A DNA stretch of 64,000 bases from Actinomycetes bacterium (lineage in GTDB: Bacteria; Actinomycetota; Acidimicrobiia; Acidimicrobiales; JABEUL01). The DNA lies in assembly GCA_021791915.1 (NCBI GenBank), contig JAJYVQ010000001.1, forward strand, positions 9,875 to 73,874. The letters are read 5' to 3'. Numbering within the stretch: position 1 is the first letter of the stretch; each line of letters opens with the position of its first letter. The notes beneath the pieces were generated by a model that searched no databases, was not told the origin of the DNA, and saw only the letters and a list, made by a program, of their open reading frames with translations. Below, piece after piece: positions 8,954 to 17,778 of this stretch. The position numbers and the translations under genes are program-made.

Positions 8954-9799
8954 TCACCTTTTAGCCGCATAAATATCTCTTAATATGATACCAGCCGCCA
9001 CGGACAAGTTAAGTGATTCCACCGTTGGTTCTGTTCGAATTTTTAATACCCCGTCAAAAAGTGTCATAAATTTGCTGTCAATCCCTCTAGATTCAGAACC
9101 TAAAACAATTGCTGTGGGGCTGGTATATTTAAGATTTTTGAGCTCTTCCCCATTTTTTACACTAGTACCAAGCAGATAGTATCCATTTTTTTTAAAAATA
9201 CTAAGTGCTGAAGTTAAACTTTCGTGGTGCACATTTTTACAACGCAACACAGCACCCACAGAACTTCTAATAACTTTTGGAGAATACATTTCACAGCTGT
9301 TACCAGTCAAGACTATCTGGCTGATTCCAAAAGCCAAAGAAGAACGAACAATCGGTCCTAAGTTGTTAGGATCGTTAATATCGGCCAAAATTACTATGTC
9401 CTGATTAAAATTCAACTGATCTAAATCAATTGGCGATGGAGTCTTTACTAAGGCCAAACTCCCAGGTGAATTCTTAAGTGCTGAAATATTGTTAAGTACT
9501 TTTGGACTTATCTTAAATATATTGATGTTTTGACAAACATTTTTATCTGTTGAGACTAAATTTTCGAACCTTTCGATTAACCGCGGCTGTGTCGAATCTA
9601 AATATATCTCAATTAAAGAAACTTCTCTTGTGTCTATGTCCTTTATTACAGACAGATTGCGAGGCTCCAATAATTCTAAAATTAACTTCTCGCCTTCTAC
9701 CACAGATATTCCGCTAGCCACCCTAACACTTTTTTCTGAAACAAACCTTCGAAGACGTTTCACCTTTGAATTTGTACCTGAAAGTGATATGAGATTCAC
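8954..9799 (-). CDS. TrmH/SpoU family RNA 2-prime-O-methyltransferase
   Basis: 281 aa. SpoU motifs DPNNLGPIVRSSLAFG, LGSESRGI and ESLNLSVAAGI. It occupies the same position as the TrmH-family gene between rplT and pheS in actinobacteria. Confidence 0.8.
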   Translation of the reverse strand: MNLISLSGTNSKVKRLRRFVSEKSVRVASGISVVEGEKLILELLEPRNLSVIKDIDTREVSLIEIYLDSTQPRLIERFENLVSTDKNVCQNINIFKISPKVLNNISALKNSPGSLALVKTPSPIDLDQLNFNQDIVILADINDPNNLGPIVRSSLAFGISQIVLTGNSCEMYSPKVIRSSVGAVLRCKNVHHESLTSALSIFKKNGYYLLGTSVKNGEELKNLKYTSPTAIVLGSESRGIDSKFMTLFDGVLKIRTEPTVESLNLSVAAGIILRDIYAAKR

Positions 9800-9962
9800 G
9801 CTAAATTACGATAATTAATCTTAAACCTTACTTTATTTTATCCAGGCATAAATAATTTGAGATTAAGCTTCACTCAATTTCACCAATAATTTCACCGCCC
9901 AAAATCGCCAATCAGTTATTACTGCGACTACTTTTAAACTTACTGGTTCTAACTACCAAATA

Positions 9963-10313
9963 TTAATCAGGCTTGAGGGTTTCGCAAAGACTCTTAAATG
10001 CATCAGGGTTTTTTACCGCCAAATCCGCCAATACTTTTCGATCCAATTCAATCTCCGATTTTTTCAACCCGTCCATAAATCTTGAATATGACAGTCCGTT
10101 TGCTCTTGCAGCTGCATTTATCCTTTGTATCCAAAGTCTTCTCAAGTCTCGTTTGCGAGCCCTACGGTCTCGGTAGGCATATTGCAATGAATGCATGACT
10201 TGCTCATTTGCCGCACGGTACGATCGTGATTTATTGCCATAATAACCTTTTGCAAGTTCCAATACCGCCTTGTGATGTTTTTTAGCGTTTACCGATCTTT
10301 TAACTCTTGCCAT
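9963..10313 (-). CDS. rplT: 50S ribosomal protein L20
   Basis: 116 aa. [26 protein letters not shown] is the canonical L20 N-terminus. Confidence 0.95.
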   Translation of the reverse strand: MARVKRSVNAKKHHKAVLELAKGYYGNKSRSYRAANEQVMHSLQYAYRDRRARKRDLRRLWIQRINAAARANGLSYSRFMDGLKKSEIELDRKVLADLAVKNPDAFKSLCETLKPD

Positions 10314-10364
10314 AGTCTAGAACTCCTAACTTCAATTCTCTATTCTCAATACTCAACTTTTTAA

Positions 10365-10411
10365 ATTGTCCTAAATAATAAATGTTTCAAATAATAAATG
10401 TTCAAATAATA
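10365..10411. repeat. tandem repeat, AAATAATAAATGTT(T)C x3 (15-16 bp units), in the rpmI-rplT spacer
   Basis: Read directly from the sequence: units at 10365-10380, 10381-10395 and 10396-10411. Confidence 0.9.
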
Positions 10412-10476
10412 AATGTTTCTGCGTCACAATATTCATTGCCTGCATTCATTGTCTGCTTTTTAGCTCAAATAATGTA

Positions 10477-10671
10477 CTACATCCCCAAAAGACGTTTTAT
10501 CTGAACTGCATCTCCATGGGAGAGTTGCACTTCTTTTGAGAGCCTCCGCTTCCTATTGGGTGACTTTTTCTCCAATAAGTGACTTCGCATCGAATTTCGA
10601 CGCATTAATTTTCCGCTCCCCGTTACTTTAAATCGTTTCTTTGCCCCTTTGTCTGTTTTCATTTTCGGCAT
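10477..10671 (-). CDS. rpmI: 50S ribosomal protein L35
   Basis: [21 protein letters not shown] is the canonical L35 N-terminus. The ATG at 10671 with AAGGAG 11 nt upstream is preferred over the GTG at 10680 given in the ORF track. Confidence 0.9.
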   Translation of the reverse strand: MPKMKTDKGAKKRFKVTGSGKLMRRNSMRSHLLEKKSPNRKRRLSKEVQLSHGDAVQIKRLLGM

Positions 10672-10759
10672 TAATTTCACTTCTCCTTATATTTGTTAAT
10701 CTTTAGCGAATTAAATTCGACTATTTTTGTATGTTTTACATACATGTGAATCAATGCAT

Positions 10760-11368
10760 TCACAGGCTAGCTTCGGTTGTCTCCACGGTAGAAGTCAGAT
10801 CTTTGCTCGCAATTCCGTTTGCAATACTTTTTTTATTTGATTGCGGTTTTTTATAGGGTGCTAAAACCATGGTCATATTTCTACCCTCTAATTTTGGGTT
10901 CAACTCAATTTTCGCTATGTCTTCAGTGGCTTCAGCCACTCTATCCAATATCTTTCTCCCCAATTCTGGATGGTAAACTTCTCGGCCTCTAAACATTACA
11001 GTTAACTTAACTTTGTGTCCCTGCGCTATAAATTTTACAACCTGTTTGGTTTTAGTCTCGAAATCTCCAGTACCTATTAAAGTACGATACTTCATCTCTT
11101 TTACCGCATTTGAGGTAGATTTTTTGCGAGATTCCCGAACCTTAACTCCGGTGTCAAATTTAAATTTGCCATAATCCATTATCCTACAAACTGGTGGAAC
11201 CCCTTGAGAAGCGACCTCAACTAAGTCTAAATCCAAGTCTTTGGCTATTTTAAGCGCTTCCTTTATAGGCTTTACGCCCAACTGAGCACCGTCAAAACCT
11301 ATAAGTCGCACTTCTCTTGCTTTTATCTGATCGTTAACACGAGTATCAGAACTGTTGTGATTCGGAAT
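10760..11368 (-). CDS. infC: translation initiation factor IF-3, with ATT start codon
   Basis: The ORF-track protein starts mid-domain (EV-RLIGFDGAQLGV). The same frame stays open upstream and reads I-PNHNSSDTRVNDQIKAREV. An ATT codon at 11368..11366 is preceded by AAGGAGG with a 7 nt spacer. Confidence 0.88.
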   Translation of the reverse strand: MPNHNSSDTRVNDQIKAREVRLIGFDGAQLGVKPIKEALKIAKDLDLDLVEVASQGVPPVCRIMDYGKFKFDTGVKVRESRKKSTSNAVKEMKYRTLIGTGDFETKTKQVVKFIAQGHKVKLTVMFRGREVYHPELGRKILDRVAEATEDIAKIELNPKLEGRNMTMVLAPYKKPQSNKKSIANGIASKDLTSTVETTEASL

Positions 11369-11383
11369 TGAGTTGACCTCCTT
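11366..11383 (-). promoter_or_regulatory. infC translation initiation region: Shine-Dalgarno AAGGAGG plus non-canonical ATT start
   Basis: The minus strand reads AAGGAGGTCAACTCATT. IF-3 discriminates against non-canonical starts, which is the basis of infC autoregulation in studied bacteria. Confidence 0.6.
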
Positions 11384-11565
11384 AATAACTGTAATATTTA
11401 ACTACTTTATTAAAGCAGGCACCAAATTAAAATCTTTGATATTCTGACCTTTTCCCTTAAATTCTGAACAACGTTATCAAAAACAATGTTAATCTAGGTT
11501 AAGGTGGAACCATAAAATTTGGTCCGCTTTATTAAAATAATGTTTAACTAATAGAATAGCAAAAT

Positions 11566-11976
11566 ATGAGTACACTGTGGACACCAGAGGGAGAACATCG
11601 AATCCCCAATGCAAAATCTGGACAAAAACCAGCATCAGAATCCTTGAACGACACCAGTTCGCTCCCGGATCTGGAGAATATGACCGAAGAGCAGATCGCA
11701 GAAATGGTCGACAAGGTAAGAGGCGAAGTATTAAATACCCCAGCAATTCAGATAATCTTGAATCATCTATCTGGGCTGGCTGAACTTGCAGCCATACATT
11801 TAAGCGTTGATCAACCAGATTTGGAATCGGCTAAGTTAGCAATTGATTGCCTAGAAGCAATTGTAGAAAAAATAAAAGATAAAGTTGATAACGAAATCTC
11901 AAATGCCGTAACTACGATGTTGAGTCAACTTCAAGTAGCTTGGGTTAGCGCAGACGGAACTTCAAAATCAGATTAA
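11566..11976 (+). CDS. conserved hypothetical protein, DUF1844-like
   Basis: 136 aa, divergent from infC. The pattern LWTPEGEHR ... acidic linker ... IILNHLSGLAELAAIHL ... AKLAIDCLEAIV ... LSQLQVAWV matches my memory of the family found beside infC in actinobacteria. Confidence 0.45.
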   Translation: MSTLWTPEGEHRIPNAKSGQKPASESLNDTSSLPDLENMTEEQIAEMVDKVRGEVLNTPAIQIILNHLSGLAELAAIHLSVDQPDLESAKLAIDCLEAIVEKIKDKVDNEISNAVTTMLSQLQVAWVSADGTSKSD

Positions 11977-12080
11977 CGAAATCACAAAAGCATTCGGCTC
12001 AATCGACAAATTGTACATAAATTCGGTTATTTTTGATTTGCCATCTAAAACATATTTATGTTCATAATTTTCTTATACAG

Positions 12081-12140
12081 TACTTAATGGAATGTATTAA
12101 CACTTAATGAAAAGTATTACCACTTAATGAAATGTATTAA
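12081..12140. repeat. tandem repeat, 20 bp x3 (ACTTAATGRAAWGTATTAMC)
   Basis: Units at 12081-12100, 12101-12120 and 12121-12140, in the spacer upstream of the GT2-methyltransferase gene. Confidence 0.9.
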
Positions 12141-12527
12141 TGTCAAGCCAGCGTAAAAGAATTTATTGCCTTAAACTTCGGAGTCTAACCATTTCTAGCT
12201 GGCAGAAAATTTTACCTTTACTCATGCAAAGAAATTAAACTTCCGATGGATTTATTTGTTATGTTAAGGCACCCACTATTAGCAGCTAACAGATGTTCGG
12301 AAATAGTTATCTATTTCGTTCGGGAGTACCTAAAATGCGATAAATTATTTGCTCACTTGAAGCATATCAAATAAAATCATGGTAAATTATTAATTAGGAT
12401 GTTTGCTTCATTTAATGAAATGGTATGAAGTTACCAACGGTAATAGAACTCAACGTAACAATTAATCGCCGTTTTAAAATGCATTTAGCACCATGGGATG
12501 ATATAGCTAAACCAACAAATAATTCTA

Positions 12528-14048
12528 ATGCTAGAAAAACAACAAGTTAAAAGCAAGGCAAAAAATATTGGACTGATAAGTATTTCAGCTAGCGATGCCT
12601 CGCAACTCTATAGACTTTTTAGCAGCATACCTATTGATATTTCAGCACAAATCAAGAATATCTTCGTGCCATTGTTCTCCTGTAATGAAGATGATCCTAG
12701 AATTAAATCTTTCAGGAATTTAGAATTGGGGCCTGCAACTGAAGTCACATTAGCTATAATTCGAAAGTCGGCTCACCACGGCGAGATTCAGAAACTTGCT
12801 TTAGAGTGGGCGTTTGAAAGTAACTTAGATGTAGTGGTATTTGTTCACGGCGGAGGACTCTTCCCAGTTGAGTTCTTACCCGATGTAGTTGAACCAATAT
12901 TAAGCGATGTTGCAGACATCGTAATTGGTTCCCGCTTTTCCGAATATAAGCTATTATCTCATCAAATCATGCCGTGGATTAAGTATGCAGGGAATATCAT
13001 ACTTACGAATATAGGTAAATCTATGACAAATATTCAACTTACTGACTGGCATTCAGGATTTAGGGCGATGAGAGTTGACAAATTAACTGATATTCCGATA
13101 AATGTGAATTCAGATGGTTTTAATTTTGATTTTCAATTTTTGCTACAGTGCGAAGAGGCAAAATTAAGAGTCTCAGAGGTGCCCATTACACCTTACAGTG
13201 GCGACAATATGTCTTTAAGGGATGGATTCTTGTTCATGAAAGATGTCATAGTTGACATCGTAAGATATAGATCTCATAAAATCGGTTTTGGCACCGGGAG
13301 TACCACTTTTAACAGTATGCATTACGATCTTAAAGATGATGACAATGCGTCACACGGTCAATTATTATCAATTTTTTCCGCTATGGAACCTACTAAGGTC
13401 CTAGATGTAGGTTGCTCAGACGGTAAATTTGGTTCTCTTGTTAAGCGATTTGGGCATGTGGTTACAGGCATAGATTGTCTGGAACTTGAGGGGGTCAGAG
13501 ATAGACTGGATGCATTTTATAAGTGTGATTTAGATAACCCTATTACTGACACTTTTGACGGCCCGTACAATGTAATTTTAGCTGCAGATGTAATTGAACA
13601 TCTTAGAAATACTTCCTCCGTGCTAAACGATTTAAAAAACCTGCTAACTCAAGACGGAATGATAATCATAAGTTTACCTAACATCAGCCACTGGTACGCA
13701 AGATTAAAGATTGGACTAGGACTTTTTGACTATGACCGCAGAGGAATATTTGATGTAGGTCATTTGAGATTTTTTACTAAATTGAGCTTTACGAGGATAG
13801 CTACGAATTGTGGTTTACAATTAATCGATTATAAGCTTGTCCCATTTCCAATTTCAGTAATTGAAAGGGGTGGGTCAATTGCAACTAATTCCAGACAAAA
13901 TATTAGTTGGCACAAATTTCTACATTTTGCTAATAAAATAAATAATCTCTTTCTTAAACTTTGGCCGTCGCTATTCGCCTACCAAATGATTTTTGTTGTA
14001 AAACCAAAACATGGGGGTCTAAGACAAAACGTAACTATTATCAAATGA
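12528..14048 (+). CDS. fusion protein: GT2-type (polyprenyl-phosphate sugar synthase-like) glycosyltransferase domain + class I SAM-dependent methyltransferase domain
   Basis: 506 aa. GT2-like blocks: DIVIGSRFSE, LTDWHSGFRAMRVDKL, GFNFDFQFLL and RVSEVPITPYSGDN. Methyltransferase motif I VLDVGCSDGKFG, then VTGIDC, then motif II NVILAADVIEHL. Confidence 0.75.
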   Translation: MLEKQQVKSKAKNIGLISISASDASQLYRLFSSIPIDISAQIKNIFVPLFSCNEDDPRIKSFRNLELGPATEVTLAIIRKSAHHGEIQKLALEWAFESNLDVVVFVHGGGLFPVEFLPDVVEPILSDVADIVIGSRFSEYKLLSHQIMPWIKYAGNIILTNIGKSMTNIQLTDWHSGFRAMRVDKLTDIPINVNSDGFNFDFQFLLQCEEAKLRVSEVPITPYSGDNMSLRDGFLFMKDVIVDIVRYRSHKIGFGTGSTTFNSMHYDLKDDDNASHGQLLSIFSAMEPTKVLDVGCSDGKFGSLVKRFGHVVTGIDCLELEGVRDRLDAFYKCDLDNPITDTFDGPYNVILAADVIEHLRNTSSVLNDLKNLLTQDGMIIISLPNISHWYARLKIGLGLFDYDRRGIFDVGHLRFFTKLSFTRIATNCGLQLIDYKLVPFPISVIERGGSIATNSRQNISWHKFLHFANKINNLFLKLWPSLFAYQMIFVVKPKHGGLRQNVTIIK

Positions 14049-14156
14049 AGGCTAATATTAGATGAAGACTAAAGGTTAGAAATTTACAATATATCTATAC
14101 GCCCGAAATTGTTCGATAATATCTCATGAAACTGACAGCTCAAAGCTGTTTTTAAG

Positions 14157-14609
14157 ATGAAAAATTTTGTAACCTCAAAAACAGGTAAAACTTTCCTAAA
14201 ATATTCAGCATCATCAGTAATAACAACTATATTAACTGTAGTTGTAATCTATTTAACATACGATTTATTGAATCTCGCATCTGCAGGATGGTGCTCTGCC
14301 ATCGGTTCTATTTCATCTATAGGACCTTCTTATTTATTAAACAGAAAATGGGCGTGGGCTAAAACCGGGAAGTCTAACTTTCAAACTGAAGTACTTCCAT
14401 TTTGGTCAATTGGAATTAGCGGTATAATCATAGCTTCTGTGGCTTCAATTGGTGCAGCTGATTTAGCATCGACCATTAATAATTCGAAGCAACTATCTAC
14501 CCTATTCGTAGAAATCTCTAACATCGGTACATTCGGCATATTGTGGGTCGGTAGATTTCTAATTTTAAATCGATTTTTGTTTCGAGACAACCAAGCGGGA
14601 CCTCATTGA
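14157..14609 (+). CDS. GtrA-like small polytopic membrane protein
   Basis: 150 aa with four hydrophobic helices. Size, topology and position after a GT2 gene fit the GtrA family. Confidence 0.6.
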   Translation: MKNFVTSKTGKTFLKYSASSVITTILTVVVIYLTYDLLNLASAGWCSAIGSISSIGPSYLLNRKWAWAKTGKSNFQTEVLPFWSIGISGIIIASVASIGAADLASTINNSKQLSTLFVEISNIGTFGILWVGRFLILNRFLFRDNQAGPH

Positions 14610-14953
14610 AGAGAATTTTTTTTCAAATATTTGGTGATTATCAAATTCAACTATTGGCAGATCCAAACAATAAAATCAATACTACGACTTGCCAATGGAT
14701 ATTCGAACAGTTATCTTTATACAGTGAGCCAATAATGTTATTTCTCGTACATACCGAGATCACCAAATGTTAAGATAGATTTAGGTACAAATCTTCAGTC
14801 CCCGTGCCATTCAGGAATGTCACTACCTTTGATATAATTGTTTAATACATCTTTATCAAATAAGGCACAACTGTAAATTTACACAATTTGCGGAATAATT
14901 TAACCTCACTTCAGTGGTTAACAAACAAAAGTTTAATATTAAAGTAGAACTTA

Positions 14954-16999
14954 ATGTCAGTTAATGTAGCACAACCAAGAGTCATTCAATCGGTAACAAA
15001 CTCCCAGAATGGCGAATCAGAATCCTTAACACGAAAGTTATCTCGACGTATCTTTGACGTTGAAAACAGGATGGTTCAGGTCAAAAAAGTTTTGGTTGTA
15101 GCACTAATAATTCAATTAATCGTAATGTTTGCTTGGTCCACATTACTTTACAACAGATTTGCACTTACGTGGGATTTTTCGCAATACCAACAAGGAATAT
15201 GGGAAATTCATCATGGTTATTTAAATCCACCTGATACGTCTTTACGCGGTGGGTTATGGGGGAACAGTGGTCAGATTATTTTTTGGATAATCGCTTTGGT
15301 AACTTGGTTCACGCCGCAGGGAATATTGCTTTTATTTTTGCAGGATTTATTTGTTGTTTTAACTGAAGTTGTCGTTCTTGTTTGGGCATATGAACTTATT
15401 ACAGCCAAAGTGGAAAAAAGCTCTATGTGGAGACCAGTTCTTTTAGGGTTATGTGGATTTATTCTAATTTCAAACCCATGGAGCTACTGGACGATTTCTT
15501 GGGATATCCACTCTGAGCCCTTTTGCACTATTTTTTGCGTTTTAGCTGCAAGGGCCTTGTACTATCGACGTCCGAAGTCACTTGCGATTTGGAGTGTTTT
15601 AACTATTACCGGAGGCATGGTAGAATGTGAATACATTGTCGCTCTGGGTATCCTTGCATTAACATTGCCCAAATCAAGCCGAAAATTAGGGATGTACTTA
15701 ATAATCGGAGGCTTGTTTTGGTTCGGCATGCTTGATTATGTCCTACATGCGGCCACTTCAATCCCACCACCAGGGCAGGTGTATGGTTATCTTACTAATG
15801 CTCCATTGAACGGCGCAAATCTTACCTTGCAGCAAATTGTCATTAAGGTTCTGGAGAACCCAACTACGTTGATTAAGCAACTTTGGATAGAGCATCCTAA
15901 CGTTATTGCTGTATTGAGTGCTGGAGGTATTATCGGTATTTTTAACAGATGGGGATTATTTATACCAATCGCAACTATACTGACGAACACCCTTTCGAGA
16001 GCATTTGCGATTACCGCTTTTCAAAATTTTCCTGCGTTTGCATTCTTGACTATTGGCACAATTATGGTAATACTGTCGCTGTTAAATAAAAAGAAATTCA
16101 CAATTAGAAGTATTTCAATAAGTAAAATTATTCCAGCTTTAACTGCAATTATTGCATTTAACTGTCTAATGTGGTCAATCATTTGGATAGCACCAATAAA
16201 GGATCAGTGGTTAAGGACTTCGAATTCCGCAGCAACTATTTTAACTCAAGCATTACATGAAATACCTTCAAGCGACGAGGTTGTTTCTTCTCAAGGTGTC
16301 GCTGGAAGGTTTTCTAAACGAGTTAATGTGTTTATACCTCTTGTAGGAGATTGGAATGTGCCACTTTACGGCAAGACTGTTTGGTGGATTTTAACCTCCC
16401 AGCAAGGCATAGAGTTAGCGAGTCCTGCTTTAACCTATGGGGTAATGGGTACGCTAATCTACCAAATGAATGCAAAGCTTGTAATGCACGGAGGAGATGT
16501 ATGGGTCTTCAAACTTCATAGGCAGCCGAATCAAACTTTATTTACTACCGGTCTTACCAATGAAACTATTCCTGGTTGGACGGTTCCGGGCCCTGCTGGC
16601 AAATCTGTAGTAAGTGGACCTCCATCGAGTTGGCATACTGAATCTAATGGCAAGCGGGGCTATACGGTGGCTTATGCTTATTGGCAAGAGAATCCCGGCC
16701 TCTATCAAATAACACTTAAATTGAAATTAAACGGGAAAGCAAACATTGAGGTCTGGAACTCAACGGCCAACAATATGATCGCTCGAAGAAAAATTATCGG
16801 AAACGGACAAGTAGAAAACCTAACCTATGAATTCAATATAAGCTATGAGATCCCACGAGCCGCTTACTCTGGATGGGGTCCGTTCCAAATCCTTCCAAAC
16901 GAGCCTGCTCAGCAAAACGAATTCGAGATCCGCTTATGGACTCCGGGTCATGTTCAACTTTCTGTTTATCAATTGTCATTTAAACCAGCGCCCGCTTGA
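14954..16999 (+). CDS. DUF2079-like polytopic membrane protein (putative GT-C type transferase) with a ~170 aa C-terminal extracytoplasmic beta-rich domain
   Basis: 681 aa with at least 10 hydrophobic helices. The first loop, FALTWDFSQYQQGIWEIHHG, resembles the DUF2079 D-containing loop motif. The C-terminus (YQITLKLKLNGKANIEVWN...FEIRLWTPGHVQLSVYQLSF) looks like a beta-sandwich. Confidence 0.55.
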   Translation: MSVNVAQPRVIQSVTNSQNGESESLTRKLSRRIFDVENRMVQVKKVLVVALIIQLIVMFAWSTLLYNRFALTWDFSQYQQGIWEIHHGYLNPPDTSLRGGLWGNSGQIIFWIIALVTWFTPQGILLLFLQDLFVVLTEVVVLVWAYELITAKVEKSSMWRPVLLGLCGFILISNPWSYWTISWDIHSEPFCTIFCVLAARALYYRRPKSLAIWSVLTITGGMVECEYIVALGILALTLPKSSRKLGMYLIIGGLFWFGMLDYVLHAATSIPPPGQVYGYLTNAPLNGANLTLQQIVIKVLENPTTLIKQLWIEHPNVIAVLSAGGIIGIFNRWGLFIPIATILTNTLSRAFAITAFQNFPAFAFLTIGTIMVILSLLNKKKFTIRSISISKIIPALTAIIAFNCLMWSIIWIAPIKDQWLRTSNSAATILTQALHEIPSSDEVVSSQGVAGRFSKRVNVFIPLVGDWNVPLYGKTVWWILTSQQGIELASPALTYGVMGTLIYQMNAKLVMHGGDVWVFKLHRQPNQTLFTTGLTNETIPGWTVPGPAGKSVVSGPPSSWHTESNGKRGYTVAYAYWQENPGLYQITLKLKLNGKANIEVWNSTANNMIARRKIIGNGQVENLTYEFNISYEIPRAAYSGWGPFQILPNEPAQQNEFEIRLWTPGHVQLSVYQLSFKPAPA

Positions 17000-17429
17000 A
17001 ACACTTCAAAAATTCCCTAATTTAAGAGCTAACGACTTGCTTTTTGATTCCAAGATCACCACTCTCCTAATAGCAATTCTCGTTAAACTTTAGTTTTAGT
17101 CTGTTTCTAGAACTTAAATCTGACGTAAAAGATTAACAACAATACAAATTCAATCAAGACTCAATAACCGACTAATTTAACGTTAACTTTTTTTCAAAAC
17201 TAAAACAGCAACGATTCAAGTTTTTACGTTTAAACCTTAAACTCTCAGTTAAATACTTAATGGCTATTAGTAATGGATAATCATAAGTCTAGTACTCGAT
17301 AGCTTATCAATCAACTAAATGAATATTCCAGAATGTAATATACTTAGAAAGTGCGACGTATACTTCCGTTTCCTTGACAATGAATCGAATTAGTTTCAAT
17401 TCCCATAGAAGTGCCTTGAAAATAACTTG

Positions 17430-17654
17430 TCAATCACATTTAGTTACTTGAAGTGCCTCAATTAATCCGTTTCTTGCCATTCTCAAAGTTACGACTATTT
17501 GTTTATTGTTGTTTATCGTTTTAGACCCATCAGCAATCGATACACAATGAAACCAAATTTCGTTACCGAAAATATTGATTTTACCCATACCTGAATTTTC
17601 ATCAAAATGATCGACCAAACAAATTATAGGTTCACCAAAAATTAATTCTCTCAC
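17430..17654 (-). CDS. small hypothetical protein, possibly a degenerate cold-shock-domain fold
   Basis: 74 aa. HFDENSGMGKINIFGNEIWFHCVSIADGS...KQIVVTL aligns by eye to CspA [31 protein letters not shown]...GQKVSFTI, but the RNP1/RNP2 aromatic residues are mostly replaced. Confidence 0.35.
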   Translation of the reverse strand: MRELIFGEPIICLVDHFDENSGMGKINIFGNEIWFHCVSIADGSKTINNNKQIVVTLRMARNGLIEALQVTKCD

Positions 17655-17778
17655 TGCTAGAATTTCGTCAATCTCTTTTTGTTACTAATCTCATCTGCCT
17701 TGGTGCCAATAAATTCACAGCTTACTAAAACGTATCGCCAAGCTAAGTATTTCCAATCGTCTACGCTTAAACACCAGA

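Noticed and set aside
11489-11783. 85 aa minus-strand and 68 aa plus-strand ORFs overlapping 11566..11976
   Set aside because: They overlap the better-supported 136 aa DUF1844-like frame, and their products look like random basic or hydrophobic strings.
13869-13880. 11-mer GTGGGTCAATT inside the intact GT2-methyltransferase gene matching the palindromic element
   Set aside because: A single 11 bp match is within chance expectation for a ~100 bp query against both strands of 64 kb, and the flanks do not align.
14135-14153. Hairpin ACAGCT-CAA-AGCTGT followed by TTTT, a possible terminator after the GT2-methyltransferase gene
   Set aside because: The stem is only 6 bp with a 3 nt loop, and it ends 4 nt before the GtrA-like start codon. 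It is too weak and too awkwardly placed to call.
16845-17093. 82 aa ORF overlapping the 3-prime end of the DUF2079-like gene
   Set aside because: It is an alternative frame running into the spacer, with no start context or motifs.
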